Positions 49,559 to 62,638 of a DNA stretch of 64,000 nucleotides are shown here, in pieces. The translations under genes were made by a program, and so were the position numbers. The notes below the pieces were generated by a model. The model made no database searches. It was given only the letters and a program-made list of their open reading frames with translations, and had not been told where the DNA came from. Position 1 is the first letter of the stretch, and each line of letters starts with the position of its first letter. Origin of the DNA: Takakia lepidozioides (Eukaryota; Plantae; Bryophyta); NCBI GenBank assembly GCA_030704615.1, contig CM060733.1, positions 55,676,001 to 55,740,000 on the forward strand, read 5' to 3'.

Positions 49559-51224
49559 CAAACACTCATGTCCAATAGAACTGAACTCTCTGTGGCTAAC
49601 AAGGCTTGGAAGGAATCTGGCTGCTGCCTATGCGAGTTTGGTTGAACCTCATGCAAAGCGCATGGAGGCTTTAAAGCAGCAGATAGATGTGTACAGGCTC
49701 ACAGAGGAGCAGACTCTCAAGGGTGCCACAAGCAACTTGGTGGATAACCACCTTATGCAGGTCTGGTTAGCACAAGGCCCAGTGGAGGGCAAAGCACCAC
49801 GAAAGCTCACCCAAAGCGAGATGAATGAACTCAGACTCCAAGTGCAGAACATTGCCACAACTACTATAGACAATGTCTATAGTAGGATAGCGGAGTTACA
49901 GGAAGATGTAGACGGACTGCAGACTCAAGTGGAAGACCTCACTTCAAATATCGACAAAAGAGCCTATATACCTGAGGAACAGTTAATGGCTTCTTATTTA
50001 CAAGCCAGAACTTTGGCTTTTCAGTCTTCTTCACAGGAGGTGCAGGAGATGCCAATGATACAAGAGCCAGTACCACCAGCACCACAACAAGTCACTGTAC
50101 CAGTAGCTGAACCTGTTGTTACTACAACCACACCACAGCCACCACAACCACCATAGCCTGAGGTATGGGGCAATGCTGCTTTTAACCCACCTAAAACTCC
50201 AGCTGCAGGGAGTACAGTAGGGCTATGATTATGCCATTCAACCAAATTCCCATCATGTTGGATTTGGCTTGGAAAGAATTTAGTCCTCCGCAGTCATTCG
50301 CACATTACTACCAAATCATGCGCATTTGGTTGCCAGTGGCAACTAGGACTAAAGTTCTTCCGAACAATCGACATATTGAGGATCATCACTTTGCGCAATA
50401 CTGGCGTGAGGCAAGTACAATGTTGAAGGAATTAATTGCCTTCCAAGTTGTACATGGATTCATTTATACCAAGACCAAGGAGGTAGCAAGTATTGTCATG
50501 GGATGCGGGTTATACTACGCTGCTTGTTTTCTGGTACGTTATCACATTGAGCAGCACAAGATGCAATCGCGCTTTCTGAGTTATTCCAGTGGGGATCATT
50601 GGGTCTTACCTTCAGTGCCACCTCATATGTACCTATATGAGGCAAAAATTATGATGCAAAAGGATTCTCAAATTCGTTCATGGTTTCAAGCCGCCTGGAA
50701 CAATTTGTCAACACAGAAATTCGGCATTGATGATATTTTCTATAAGGGACATGTGGCATGGAAATACTTGCACGGTGCACAAGTAATTGGTACCCCACTC
50801 ACCTGGACAGACAAGGAACTCAGTGTCTTCACCAATTTTGCTGTTCAGCGTTTACAGCAAGTTTTAAAATATAAACTTCCAGACATGGTAGGACAACATT
50901 GTATGCCCCAGAGGATTCCACAAAAGTTCTACAATTAAACACCTGAGAGGCGATGAGGATTCTGATACAACTGTTTCTTCAGCGGATTCTTTTGACATGG
51001 GAGAAGACTATGCAATTCAGATGGCAGAGAAGAAGCGACGGGGGTCTCCTATGCCTGAAAGGTTACCTCGATATCAGCCTCCAGAGGGCCTCACTTATCC
51101 GGGTAGTGTTCAAACATCTCCGTCAACCAGTGACAGACCTCGGGCTCGTACACACAGTCCGCCACGAAACTCTCAACGTCAGAAAGGTGCTCACTCACAA
51201 AGGTTTGCTAATCGCAACCAGTAA
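49559..51224 (+). pseudogene. 3' part of the extra ORF of a second element-B copy
   Basis: Homologous to 31504-33163 and starts abruptly at the MULE right end. Confidence 0.9.
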
Positions 51225-51225
51225 G

Positions 51226-52064
51226 GACACTTATACGGGATCTGTAGGGTACCCTTAATTTTTGCACAGACTGAGACCAACATGAGCCTTAGGGGTGACA
51301 GCAGCGCACTTTAGAAGGGGTTACACAGCCTGTCACGTCACAGCCGACACAGCCAAACACAGTCGCACAGCCAGTCACAGCTGGTCACAACCGGTCACAA
51401 CCCATCACAGTTTCACACAGCCAGTCATAGCTTGACACAGCTGTCACGACCATAGGGAAATGATAGCAGGACAGGGAACGACTGTGGGGAACAACACCTG
51501 CGAAGTGAACATGTTAGTTCACGGACGACGGTTAGTGAGGGAAGCGGTTAAGAACAACGGGTAGGAAGATAAAAGGATGAGCAAGGACTTGAGGGAGAGA
51601 CTGGGGGTCATGCATGAGAGGGGATCGGGCGGAGAGCAAGAACGGAAGCAAAGATGGAGGAGGAGAGATGATTAGTAGATGCTTGTTATATGCAAAGCTG
51701 TAGTGATATTGTAGAGTAGATTAGAGACACAATGGGTTCGGCCTGATACCTGATAAATCATAATCTGATACTTATACGATACAATCACACTGTGTAGAGA
51801 GATCTGAGTGAAGCTGTGGAATGAATGGATGAGTTGATGGAATCCGATAGATTGATGAAGCAAACTGATACTTAATTATCAATAGTAAGGTAGCTAACAT
51901 GAATGCGGAAAGGAAAACAAATAGGAAACACCCCCATGATACACTAGCTGTAGGTCATGACTGATTGTTCTGAGCGGGCTGAGTACTTAGAGATTTCCAA
52001 CTCTTCTATCTTGGAGTTTCCGCCTCGGATAGCGAAGGGATGGGTGAGTAAAAGCCGCGCGACA
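51226..52064 (+). repeat. Element B 3' LTR (LTR3), PPT and first ~25 bp deleted
   Basis: Same subtype as LTR1. Ends GCGCGACA followed by the TSD AGGGG. Confidence 0.92.
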
Positions 52065-52970
52065 AGGGGTCAACTTGAGGCCCAAGACTCTCACTACCTG
52101 CAAGGGGATGGCAGACATGGTACATCCAATATCTACAACACATGGAAAACTCAAATGATGCACATGACATTGTGTGATCAAGGGACTTATGTCATGCACT
52201 TGACATTTCTTGGCTAGTTCACAATGCAAAGCCTTAAAGTTAGTTGATAACATGACCCTCTTCTTACTTGCATCAACAGGGTGCTGCTTCCCATGACCTC
52301 TTGTCCCCTGCCCAAGACATCTTTTTAGTTTAAATGTGTGTGGGCAGCCTGGATGGAAGACCCTGCCTTCTTCTTCGCTTTGCTATAATCAGCATAGCCC
52401 TCAAGGTCAGGACATACCTTAGTGTAATGCTCATCACTGCCACAAATATAACAAGGAGCAAACTTCCTCTCATAAGTAGCCCATGTTTGTGTCTTACCTC
52501 TGAACCCTCCACCTTTATCTCTCTGCTGATCTTTGGGTTTGTATTCAGCTCTTTGTTGGTCTCTGGGTCTCCACTCAGTCCTTTGCTGATCAGCCTTCAA
52601 GGCTGCAAATTGAGTAGCTATGCTTTTTCCCAACTCACCCACAGTGTGAGCCAATTCTCGCAAAGCAGAGTCACTAGACTCAGATCCTACAGGAGAGGTC
52701 TCTCTCTCATCGAGTGTAGCGGCCATGGTGTCTTCATGATCCATATAAGGGATCTGAAATTTCACATGGTGTCGCCTTTCCTTTGCTCAGCCTGGTCCCT
52801 AAGCTTAAGACTAACCTCATGCAACATCTCATCACTATCCCTGAAAGTGCGACGTTGTCCCCGGGCTTTCACTTCTGCTGGCATGCCTCTCAAGAAGTGT
52901 TGTCTTAGCAACCTCTCCCTAATAACAACATCTTCAGGCACTTGTTCAACAGCAGCAGCCCATTTGGGCG
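52065..52970 (-). pseudogene. Element A gag C-terminus and protease N-half
   Basis: CYICGSDEHYTKVC zinc knuckle; CVVDIGCTMSAIP protease active-site motif, continuous with 15582. Confidence 0.88.
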
Positions 52971-53489
52971 TGTAATGTACCCATATGCAACGAGCGTGCC
53001 AAACATGAATGGTTGATATGAATCACGGGTGTGAAATCTGTAGTGATTGACATATAAGTCTGCAATACCCTGAGTAAGTTTGCATCGCTTTTTCTATGGT
53101 GGATGTCTTGGCTGTGATTTCTTGGCTGTGCTTTGTATAAAGCAACTGAACATTTACAACTCAAGGGCATGAATCAATTGTGTGTAAATTGGGTATCAAA
53201 CAAGGATGATGCTTGTCTTGTCTTGGAGTCCCACCCTCCCACCCTGAATTTTCTGGTACTTTGAAATATACAGGATTCAGACATTTGAGAAGATGTACAT
53301 GGAAGGAGGTGTTAGATGGTGCCCTGTAAAGAGCTGATTTGTCGTTAATTTGACAAAGACCTTATTTGGTCTTGTCCATGTCCCGACAAGACATAGTATC
53401 TTCCCTCTCTTCTTTGACCAGTGTACTTATGTGGTGTTTGTACACACCATCTACCCCTCTCCTTTCTTGTTCCATCTTTCTCATGTTAA

Positions 53490-53800
53490 GGTACTAATGT
53501 TTGAAGTCAGTGCTCAAATGAACAAAGCTACGGAAGAGGTCATGATACGTACATTCCGCATGAGCATGCAAGGAGAAGCCAGTGATTTGTTGCTTGTTGC
53601 TTTGAGTGGTGAAGAAAAACTGACTTGGGCCAAGGTTAAAAGAAGAGCCCTCATGATCTTTAAACCTGCGGAGAGGCCTTTGGATAGCCTTGACAAACTT
53701 TGTGGCCGGCCATACAAGGAGGGTGAGTCTCTTTGGCAATACTTTTTAGAGCTATCATGGGCAAATTGCAGGTTTGGGGGAGGTAATCCAAGGTCTTATC
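53490..53800 (+). pseudogene. Possible retrotransposon gag remnant
   Basis: FRMSMQGEAS...TWAKVKRR...F...YKEGESLWQYF resembles the retrotransposon gag core. Confidence 0.45.
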
Positions 53801-55494
53801 AAGCCATTGCAAGGTTACCATGGATATGGCTTTCCATGGCTCTGGCTTATCATGGATCTGATTTTTCAGAACATAGTAACATAGGCTGGAACAGATTGAT
53901 ATCATGAACCTGCTGAGAACTTATGTGGGTACCTTCATAGTTCAAGCAACTGCCATACCAAACAATTCACTGCCCATGCAGTATGTACCTTGAAAGAAAC
54001 CAGCAGTAATCTTCTGAGTCAAAACAATATGCAAGGGTTTTCTTTAAAAACACTGGGATGTCCAAGAGTACACCATGGTACTTTTTAAGTTAAAACAGCA
54101 GAACCAGATCTGTTTTGCTTCAAGGAACAGCTCCAAAGACCCTGTTTGGTAAATTTACAGCGCCAGTATACCATATGAGAAACCCATCACTACGAAATGG
54201 TTGATCGTAGTGTAAAACGGGGCTGTTTCAAGGCCCAGAGCATTAAACTCAAAGAACTTTGTATCATAAACCAATCAACAGAGTAGTTCCATACAGCCAA
54301 GGGTTCACATAGATGTTAGGGGTTTGTGAGGAAACCAGCAAATACCCCATGTGGCTCTGAAAATACAGTTGTAGGTCCGAGCAATGTAAGTTAAAACAAC
54401 ATACATGGGCCTGTTTTACACTTGAATGGAAGTTTAAAGCACATCCCCGTGGAAGCAGCATTCGAAGTAGTAAAGTGCCGCAGGGAAGTATGCAACATTA
54501 TTCCATCTTCTCTGCATTGTCCATATCCTCTGCAAGCTTTACAAATCAAATCAAGTGATGTCCCTCACCTGCGCCCGTCCCAAAAACCATCGCAAATGAC
54601 AATTTGTGTGTTAGTGAGGATGCGCAAGGTGAGTTATAGGACATCACACTTGCTATCGATGTCAGAGATGATTCCTAAAGCAAGCATTAGATGAAAAGAC
54701 AAGCAGAAGCAACATTTTCCAGAATCCTTTAAAGCTTGTGGAATGAATGTACTCTGTGACATGGCATCCAAGATCTGGCATTCAATCAAAGCAAACACAA
54801 AGGGTTTGCTGAAGGGTAGAGAGGAGCTTATCAACACCATTAAGCTTCCATAGATCCTATAGGGCGCCGCTGCAGCATAAACGAACAATGACCAATTCTC
54901 CATAAAGCACGGCAGCAGCTTGTCTGCCAGTTCGTGAATTGAAGATACCAGCATAGGAGCAGCAAATTCGGTTATAACCGCACCTCCCAATGAAATTGAC
55001 AACGCGGAATCAAGCCGCTAAGTCATCAAGCCGCCATCACGCAGCTCCAGGGAAAAACCAAAGCCCAAGTGTCGGGTTGTTAGGTTTAGAGAGGTGATCA
55101 AACACGCACCCTGCGATTTCATCCGGTCTGGATGAGAAATCGCATGAAGCTGATAGGTCATTTTCGTGGGATTTTATCCACTAGAGATGAAATCAGTAGG
55201 TTTCCATAATGTCATCCATTCTGGGTGACATCCGACAAGGATGAAAAACCAACCATTCATTAGGTTTAAACCAGCTCATATTCAGGATAGATGAAATTTC
55301 GAACCCCTCAAGACCATAATTCACACCCTAAATGAATTGAATGGTGAGAATAACAAATCCTTGGAAAATAAAAAATCAGATCATCCGTTAGGTTTTCATC
55401 CGGTATGGATGAAAACTAGAAAACATGGATGAAAGAACATACACCAGTACCATAGAGGCCATGGTAATGGCAAAGATTCCAAGAGATTTATTGG

Positions 55495-55642
55495 AGGGAG
55501 AGACAGAGGGAGACAGAGGGAGAGAGGGGGCAACAATGATAAAAAATGGGTGGGGGGGGGGGGGGGTTTGACTGAGCAGCTGCTGCTCAGTCACTCCCCT
55601 CCCACCTTCCTTTTTTTTCCTGATCTGTCCCTGTCCCTCCCT

Positions 55643-55709
<67 letters not shown>

Positions 55710-55710
55710 G
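55495..55710. repeat. Foldback MITE-like repeat copy 1, with (CT)n tract at ~55649-55704
   Basis: GA-rich arm, poly-G, TGACTGAGCAGCTGCTGCTCAGTCA, poly-C, CT-rich arm. Confidence 0.7.
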
Positions 55711-58365
55711 TGGTGCTCTCAAAAGCAAAACCCACAGAGGGAAAGAGGGGGTAGAAAAAGTTAAAAAGAGAGAGGGAGAGAGTGGGAAGATATTCATGTC
55801 ATGTCAAGACATGGACAAGACCAACTAGGGTCATTGTCAATTAAAGACATAAAGCCCATGACAGGGCACCATCTAACACTTCAGTCTTGTCATAGCATAC
55901 CAAGTGACGACACCCATTCAGTCATGATAAAACAGGGTGGGAGGGCGGGGTATATTCATATTCATATTCTTGTCATGTACCCTAGTGACCCTCTTGCAGA
56001 TTGCAGCCTCAGATTACATCATCTGTAGTTATCCATAAGATATGCATCATGCAAGATATCATGGGTATATAAGAACTTCTTGCCACATTACAGATCCAAG
56101 ATATGTATACACAAGTACCTTGAAGTGATCCAAGACAGGCACTATGCAAGGCTCCAAGGGTATGTAAGAACAGCTGCCCTACACAATTCATGGAATGTAC
56201 ACACAAGCAACTGGAAGGACCAGCCTGCATTATACACTTCGGGCACGCACCAAGTAAACTCTGGGCATGGCAAACTGTTGCAGCACATTCCATTGGCCAC
56301 TTGTAAGTATCCCAAGACGTGCATCGTGCAAGGCCTTCTCGATAGGTAAGAACAGCCTGCCATTGTACAGATTCAAGACCTGTGTACACAGGAATCTTGC
56401 TGGACCAGCCTGCAGTTAATCAAACTCCAAACATGCAACCAAGTGACCACTTTGGGCATGACAAGACAGACTGCAACTTCATTCTACACCATGTACAGTT
56501 GCCCCAAGATATGCATCATGTAAGGCATTTTGGCATGGAAGAAAGGCCTGCCATGTCACAACATCAAGATATGGACACTCATACATTTTGAGTGCCCGAG
56601 ATCAAGCCCACTTGGCCAAAATAAATCATACAATGCAGGTGGCTGTTCTGATGGCAAAATGAGGCAACTAATCACTGGCCAAGGTCCATTAGAGCTTACC
56701 ACCACTATTTCCCAGGAGGCTAATGCCATGTTTTGCAAGTAGAACCTCACTATACTCCATTCCACATCAAATCCAGGCCTAAAAGAGGCCTGTCATTGCC
56801 TTATCAGGCTGCCATCTGTAAAAAAACCGGGCCTCCTCTTCCTTAGAACCTAACAGCCACTGATGCCTTTACCCTTAAACCATCATTCCTCTTTTAAGGC
56901 CAAAACTGTACCTAGTCTAAAAATCCACAGGCAATGCTGTCAAAGATTCAAGACAGGTTAAGATTCAGATGCTATGCTTCAAGAGACAGACCTGCCAGGC
57001 CGAAATGCTCCATCAACGGCAGCAAAACATAAGTAAAAAATAAGCATCAACATGTCAAACCGGGAGCAAGCGGGCCGAAATTAGGGCTGCAGGCAGCTGC
57101 CAAGTCATGAAGCCATACAGAGTATGTTCCTTTTGCTCACATCCTTATCTACAAGCTCAAGAGAATTCAAAGCAAGTAGGGATCCTCACCTGGTCCCATC
57201 ACAACCCCCCACAAAAACCAACAGGTTAGTGAGGATTGTGGAACCCCAATTGAATCACATACCCCTACACTTGTCTTCGATGTCAACTAAGAACCTCAAA
57301 AGCAAGAGAGAAAAACATGAAGTAAAAGGAACCCTAATCACCAAAAGCACCTTGAACGATTGGGGAAGGTAACTGTGCGCCATCGCCACCAGCAAGCCAC
57401 CTCCTGCACAGCTAAGGAGAAGCGAAGCATACCAGCATCATTGCTAGGTTTAAGAAGGGAGAGAGATATACTTCCCCACACAAGCGCCGCTGCGAAACAT
57501 AAAAGCCAGAGGAGGGAAATAGACGATGCAATCACAGCAGGGTCTCCCGCCTGTGAGAAGAGACAAAACGCCGCCATCGTGCATCCCCAGGAGGTCGTCC
57601 GGCATGGGCACAAAGCAGCAGAGCTCAGACACCATAACTCTCAGCCCGCAAGCTCAGAAGCACGAGGAGTGCTACTGACGGCGGGAGAGACACCCTAGGG
57701 CAATGCCCGATTTTTCATCCGTGCAGGATGAGTAATCAACACCCCTTATTTCGAAACCCGATGGATGTCATCCGTTAGCTAGGTTTAAACAATAGGTTAT
57801 AGGGTAGGGGTTAGGGTTTCACTCCTTAATTAGCCATAATTAAGGGTAATTAAACAAAGGTCCAGGGCCATCATAGGTTGCATATTTCATCCAGTTCAGA
57901 TGAAAAAGTTAATAAGTTCATCTAGTTGGAGAAGGTCCGTCAATAGGATGGAAAGACAATACATATCATCCAAGGCAACGATTTCTCATCCTAACAGGTA
58001 ATCCATCATCCCCTAAGAAAAGCCTCATCCAGTACCGAAAAAAAGGCCATAAAAGAGGAATAAAACGAATTAATATCCTGATATTTTTCATCCGGTATGG
58101 ATGGAAAAATTATAGATAGGATGCCAGTGTCAACCCCTACAGAGGTAATTCCTCATTATCTGGTGACTCATCTGGTATAGATGAAAGTCAATAAAAGAGG
58201 AATGAAAAAATCATAGACCCATTTTAGAGGTATTTTAGTGTCCACCCAGGTAATTCATCCGGTATGGATAAAAAATCTTTACAGGGCGGATGAAAACACT
58301 GTTTAGAATCCATCCGGTATAGATGGAAAAACATGAAAAAAACACTGATACAACCGGCCAATTCC

Positions 58366-58540
58366 GAGGAGGGAGACAGAGGGAGAGAGGGGGCAACAAA
58401 AGAAAAGAAAAAATGTTGGGGGGGGGAGTGACCAAGCAGCTGCAGCTGCTCAGTCACCCCCCCCCCCACATTTTTATTTATTTTTGGTTTCCTGGTCTCT
58501 CCCTCTCACTCCCTCTCTCTGTCCCTATCTCTCCCTTTTT
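58366..58540. repeat. Foldback MITE-like repeat copy 2
   Basis: Same layout; core GTGACCAAGCAGCTGCAGCTGCTCAGTCAC. Confidence 0.7.
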
Positions 58541-58542
58541 TT

Positions 58543-59240
58543 TAAGCTCCCGACGAGATGAGTTTAAGGTCAGATGGTAGGGTCAGCTGCAGCATATGTC
58601 CAACACAGGATATCCTAAGTTAATCGACTTTATATCTTGGAAACAGGACCGCCCACCGACCTGTCAAACAGGCTAAGTCCTGGCAGAAGACAGTAGAAGA
58701 GATTCTCAAGGACCTGGAGCTGGAACCGCAAGTCTTCACCCTGGTGGATAAATCTGACTTAGAGGCTGTAGTGTCCAACCATGTCTGTTGCCATGAGATT
58801 GTCTGATGAAAATGAAGTTAGGCAAAAAACTTTCCTGAACTTGTTTCGAGTGTATGACATGGGGGAGGAGATCTTGGATGACCTCAAGGGTCTACCCACT
58901 CTCGGCACTAGACTGAAATTTAAACTCGGGGCAGGAAGCCTTCCTTTGATAAGCAAACAGAAGCAGAGAGGATCGGGAGAGTGCAATTGCCCGTTGTGTT
59001 GGCAACCTGAAGACATTATTCATTTTCTGATGCATTGTCCGGGGTTCTCTCACCAAAGAGACTCTCTCTTCAAATCTATCAAGGGAACCTCTGTTTACCA
59101 ACTTTGAAAGTCTCAAGGCTGAGCCAAAAGCCCAGGCCCTCCTGAGGCCTAGTTATTAGGCAAATCACACACAGCAGATTGATGCTTGTGTGAAGGGATT
59201 TGTAGAGGATATCTGGAAAACCCGGATTAATTCTATATAT
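58543..59240 (+). pseudogene. LINE ORF2 3' remnant with CCHC finger
   Basis: TRLKFKLGAGSLPL...CPLCWQPEDIIHFLMHC. Confidence 0.65.
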
Positions 59241-59307
59241 GAAGGTAAGTCTTACTACCAACGTCAGCCCCTGACAGAGGCAGGTTCTGTCCCTTTTGTT
59301 TCTCCAA

Positions 59308-59460
59308 GAGAGGGGGCAACAAAGAAAGAAAAGAATGTGGGGGGGGGGGGGGGGGGGTGACTCAGCAGCAGCAGCAGCTGCTCAGTCACTCCCCCCCCCC
59401 ACCTTCTTTTCTTTTCTTTGTTGCCCCCTGATCTCTCTCTCTCTCTCCTCTCTCCCTCTC
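59308..59460. repeat. Foldback MITE-like repeat copy 3
   Basis: AGGGGGCAACAAAGAAA...TTTCTTTGTTGCCCCCT arms around the same core. Confidence 0.75.
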
Positions 59461-59476
59461 TTCTGTGCTACTCTCT

Positions 59477-59925
59477 TTTAAGCTCCCGACGAGATAAATT
59501 CAAGGTCAGATGGTGGGTTCAGCTGCAACATATGTCCAACACCAGATATCCTAAGTTAATCGACTCTATATCTTGGAAACGGGACTGCCGTGTCAAACAG
59601 GGTAAGCCCTGGGAGAAGAGAGTAGAGAAGATTCTCAAGGATCTGAATCTGGACCCGCAAGTCTTGACCTTGCTGGATAAACCTGACTTAGAGAGTGTAG
59701 TGTCCAAAGCCACATCTGTTACCAGAAAATTGTCCGATGAAAATGAAGTTAGGAAGAAAACTTCCCTGAACCTGTTTCCAGTCTGTGACATGGGGGAGGA
59801 CATCATGGATGCGTTCAAGGGTCTATCCCATTCTTGGCACTAGACCAAAAATTAAACTCAGGGCAGAAAGACTACCTTTGAACAGTAAACAGAAGCAGAG
59901 AGGAAAGGGAGAGTGCAATTTCCCT
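59477..59925 (+). pseudogene. Diverged second copy of the LINE remnant
   Basis: Aligns to 58543-58990, from TTAAGCTCCCGACGAGAT to GAGTGCAATT. Confidence 0.75.
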
Positions 59926-61933
59926 GACCTACCTCTGCTGTTACTGGTGCTGGTGCTGGTGCTTCAAGCGAGCTGCTGCGGTGCTATCGCGCTGCCAACA
60001 GCGCGGGTCCCTCCCGCTGCAGGGCGTCTCTCCCCCGCTCACCACGGCTCTCTCTCTCTTTTCAGCTCGTTTAGATCGCGCCTCTAGGCGGCATTCCTAC
60101 CACACAAGGGAGAGAGAGATCAGCCCATGCTTAGCAAGAGAGAAAGTGAGGGAGGAAGCGGTGCTTACCTTGGGCGTTGGAGCGGCATTGGGGCAAGCTC
60201 CTTGGGGCCTTGCGACCACCTCGGGCTCAGCAGCAGGTGCGTTTCTCCTCCACCCTAAACCCCACTCTCTGAACTACCTCTCTCCCAAAGAACAAACGAA
60301 ACGGGAGGGGAAAGAGGTGCTTCAAGCACTTAGGGGGAAAAAAAAGACGTGGCGCTTACGTGTGACGCCCGGCCGTCGCACGCCTGCGCCCCGCCCTTTT
60401 TTTGAAATGTAAAAAAGGTATTTGCGACGGCGGGCCGTCGCTGCTTGTGACCCTCGGCCCCATAAATAAATAAAACACGTCGCCCCCTGCGACGGCTTTC
60501 CGTCGCGGGGTGTGACCCCCAGGTAAAAATTTGAAAAAAACGCATCGCCAAATGCGACGCGAGGGTGTCGCAGGAGGCGATGGTCGGCCTTTCTGGGTTT
60601 AGGGTTTAGGGCCTTTTGGGGTTCTTAGTTTTTATTTTTATTTTTATTTTTTCATATGGTACTGGGTTAGGGTGTTTGCTTTTCTTTATGGTGTTGGGTT
60701 TTGGATTGACGATTTTGGTTGTGGGTCTTGGGGTTGAAAGGATAAAACGGTGTAATTAGGATTCACATACCCAAATTTTGGTTCAATCTAATAAGCGCAA
60801 AGCGCTGGGTCTCAACAAATGTTTCCATGGTGTGGGCATCCTGAAGATAGAATGCGAGGAAGGATTTATTGTCTTGGGCTCTGTGTGTTTATTAGGATGC
60901 GATGGTGAGGAAACATCGACCCGTCTCCCTCGAGGATGGGGAGGTAGTACCACATATTGATTGTGGCCATAGAATGACTGTTTTTCGTGGCGACGAGCCA
61001 CCCATTGCACCTGATCCAATACAGGCTGTCGGGCACAATCGTAGAAGGGATCGGGGCCAAATTTCAGGTGATGCGGAGGATGTTGACACTCCGGGATCGA
61101 GTCGGGCGCGCCGCGGGTTGCCCCCTCGCGGGCCACCCGTCCAACCACGTCCACCTTTGACCCCCCCCCCCCAAGGAGAGTGTTTGGGACACTAAGTGTT
61201 GGAACGGATACCGCCGGGCGGCACCAGACACCGAGGCGGCGACCGCATGTTGTCAAAAAACATTATAAGAAAACAAGATTGCGGATGCGGCAAAGGTGAG
61301 TGTTTTTCCCACCCCCTCTCATTAACATTCATTTAAGGTACATTTAGGTTTATCTAATAATATAGTAATTGGTAAGCATACATGAATCCAAATTACGACA
61401 TAAGTATTGATGCGTCGTTCACTACGCTATTGCAGCCACGACTTGATGCCCAAGCTCGCAATCACATTGCACATGAGGCATTTCGCGCCGGTCTACTTGC
61501 AGAATTTGTGCCAGAGCATGTGCCCGATGTGACCAGTTGGTTCCCCCAGCACGTAGATGAGATGCGTAGGGTCGAGGGGTATCGTAGGTATCGTAGGCGT
61601 TATGGCCGACGACGAGCAGGCCCCACCGCCCCTCCAGTTTCCTCAGACGGTCCCCCTGATTGTGGCCTTCCCCCCCCCCCGTCTGTTTCTTTGCCTGATT
61701 TCGGACGTTGTACCCCTGGCTGCACCTCCGGCATTGCATCCGCAACCACCTCCACTTTCATCTCCTCCGCCAGCAGTACCACCTCCACCTCCACGTGCAT
61801 GTGCCCCCCGAACCCCTATGAGGGGTCGGCTTTGCCGTAGGTTTCCTCCCCTTCGGCTTGGGCGGCCTGAGCCGGATCCTCGCCCCCGATGGGAAGCACA
61901 TAGGACTATGTTACTGAGGACCGTCCAACCTCG

Positions 61934-62557
61934 TTGTTGGGGGAATCATCTCGACCTCCCCCCCCCATCCGAGAAAATGTGGAGTTCGAGTATTGGGGGA
62001 GACGGTATGTTATGAGAGCCACTACAGGGGGTCGGGGTCTATTCACGGTCAATGATATTGTGGTTCCTCCTCGGAGAAACAACATGGTGGACTTGTTTCC
62101 CTACTACGGTCCATACTACACCTCCGCGGAATTTCGTACATTACGCCTCGAAGCCCCATACATCCTATCCTACATTTTGTGTGTCAACGGACAGGTTGTA
62201 TGTAGACGGGGGTTGTCTCCCATTGAGTTCAGATTTTGTGATGGTGACCCCGCCATCTTCGGCAATGTTGTTGGGCTGGTCAATAGTTCTTTTGGTCATC
62301 CTAGGAGAACCAATGTAGTAGGGGACGAGCGAAGCGATGGGCATGAGAGCTTTTGTGGTCATACGTCAGTATATTGTGAGGGGATGCACATGTTTGTGAT
62401 TACATGTGCTAGTAGGACTATTAGGGCTGGCAGCGAATTATTTGCTTCATACGAGTTCTCCCGGGATGATTGGGACCTCCGATTACAGCGTGAGTGGGAT
62501 GTGTATGATAGAAATAGGGTTCCTTTGAGACAGGGATCGCGTAGAGGGGCATTGTAG
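61934..62557 (+). CDS. SET-domain protein (last exon; upstream Pro-rich part appears frameshifted)
   Basis: GGRGLFTVNDI...FPYYGPYY...DGDPAIFGNVVGLVNSS...ASRTIRAGSELFASY follows the SET motif order. Possible upstream intron 61296-61435. Confidence 0.75.
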   Translation: MLGESSRPPPPIRENVEFEYWGRRYVMRATTGGRGLFTVNDIVVPPRRNNMVDLFPYYGPYYTSAEFRTLRLEAPYILSYILCVNGQVVCRRGLSPIEFRFCDGDPAIFGNVVGLVNSSFGHPRRTNVVGDERSDGHESFCGHTSVYCEGMHMFVITCASRTIRAGSELFASYEFSRDDWDLRLQREWDVYDRNRVPLRQGSRRGAL

Positions 62558-62638
62558 ATATTCTCATGATGTACTTTGTATACATCCGATTAATCGATTG
62601 ATGTAAAAAACATTCTTGTTGCTCGTGTGGGTTGCAAC

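Larger units (their letters stand above)
15583..52064 (+). mobile_element. Composite Ty3/gypsy element B insertion (outer LTRs with TSD AGGGG), containing element C, a third LTR and MULE copy 2
   Basis: AGGGG lies at 15578-15582 and 52065-52069. Removing the insert restores element A protease VDIGC...LKLTP|AQGMEVIIADGS. Confidence 0.9.

Noticed and set aside
56000-56600. Possible decayed LRR-like coding or tandem repeat (AAGAYRTGCATCRTGYAAG recurs)
   Set aside because: Too degenerate to support a call by eye.
60595-60612. Telomere
   Set aside because: Only 2-3 TTTAGGG units; an interstitial telo-box (similar at ~34453 and ~57800).
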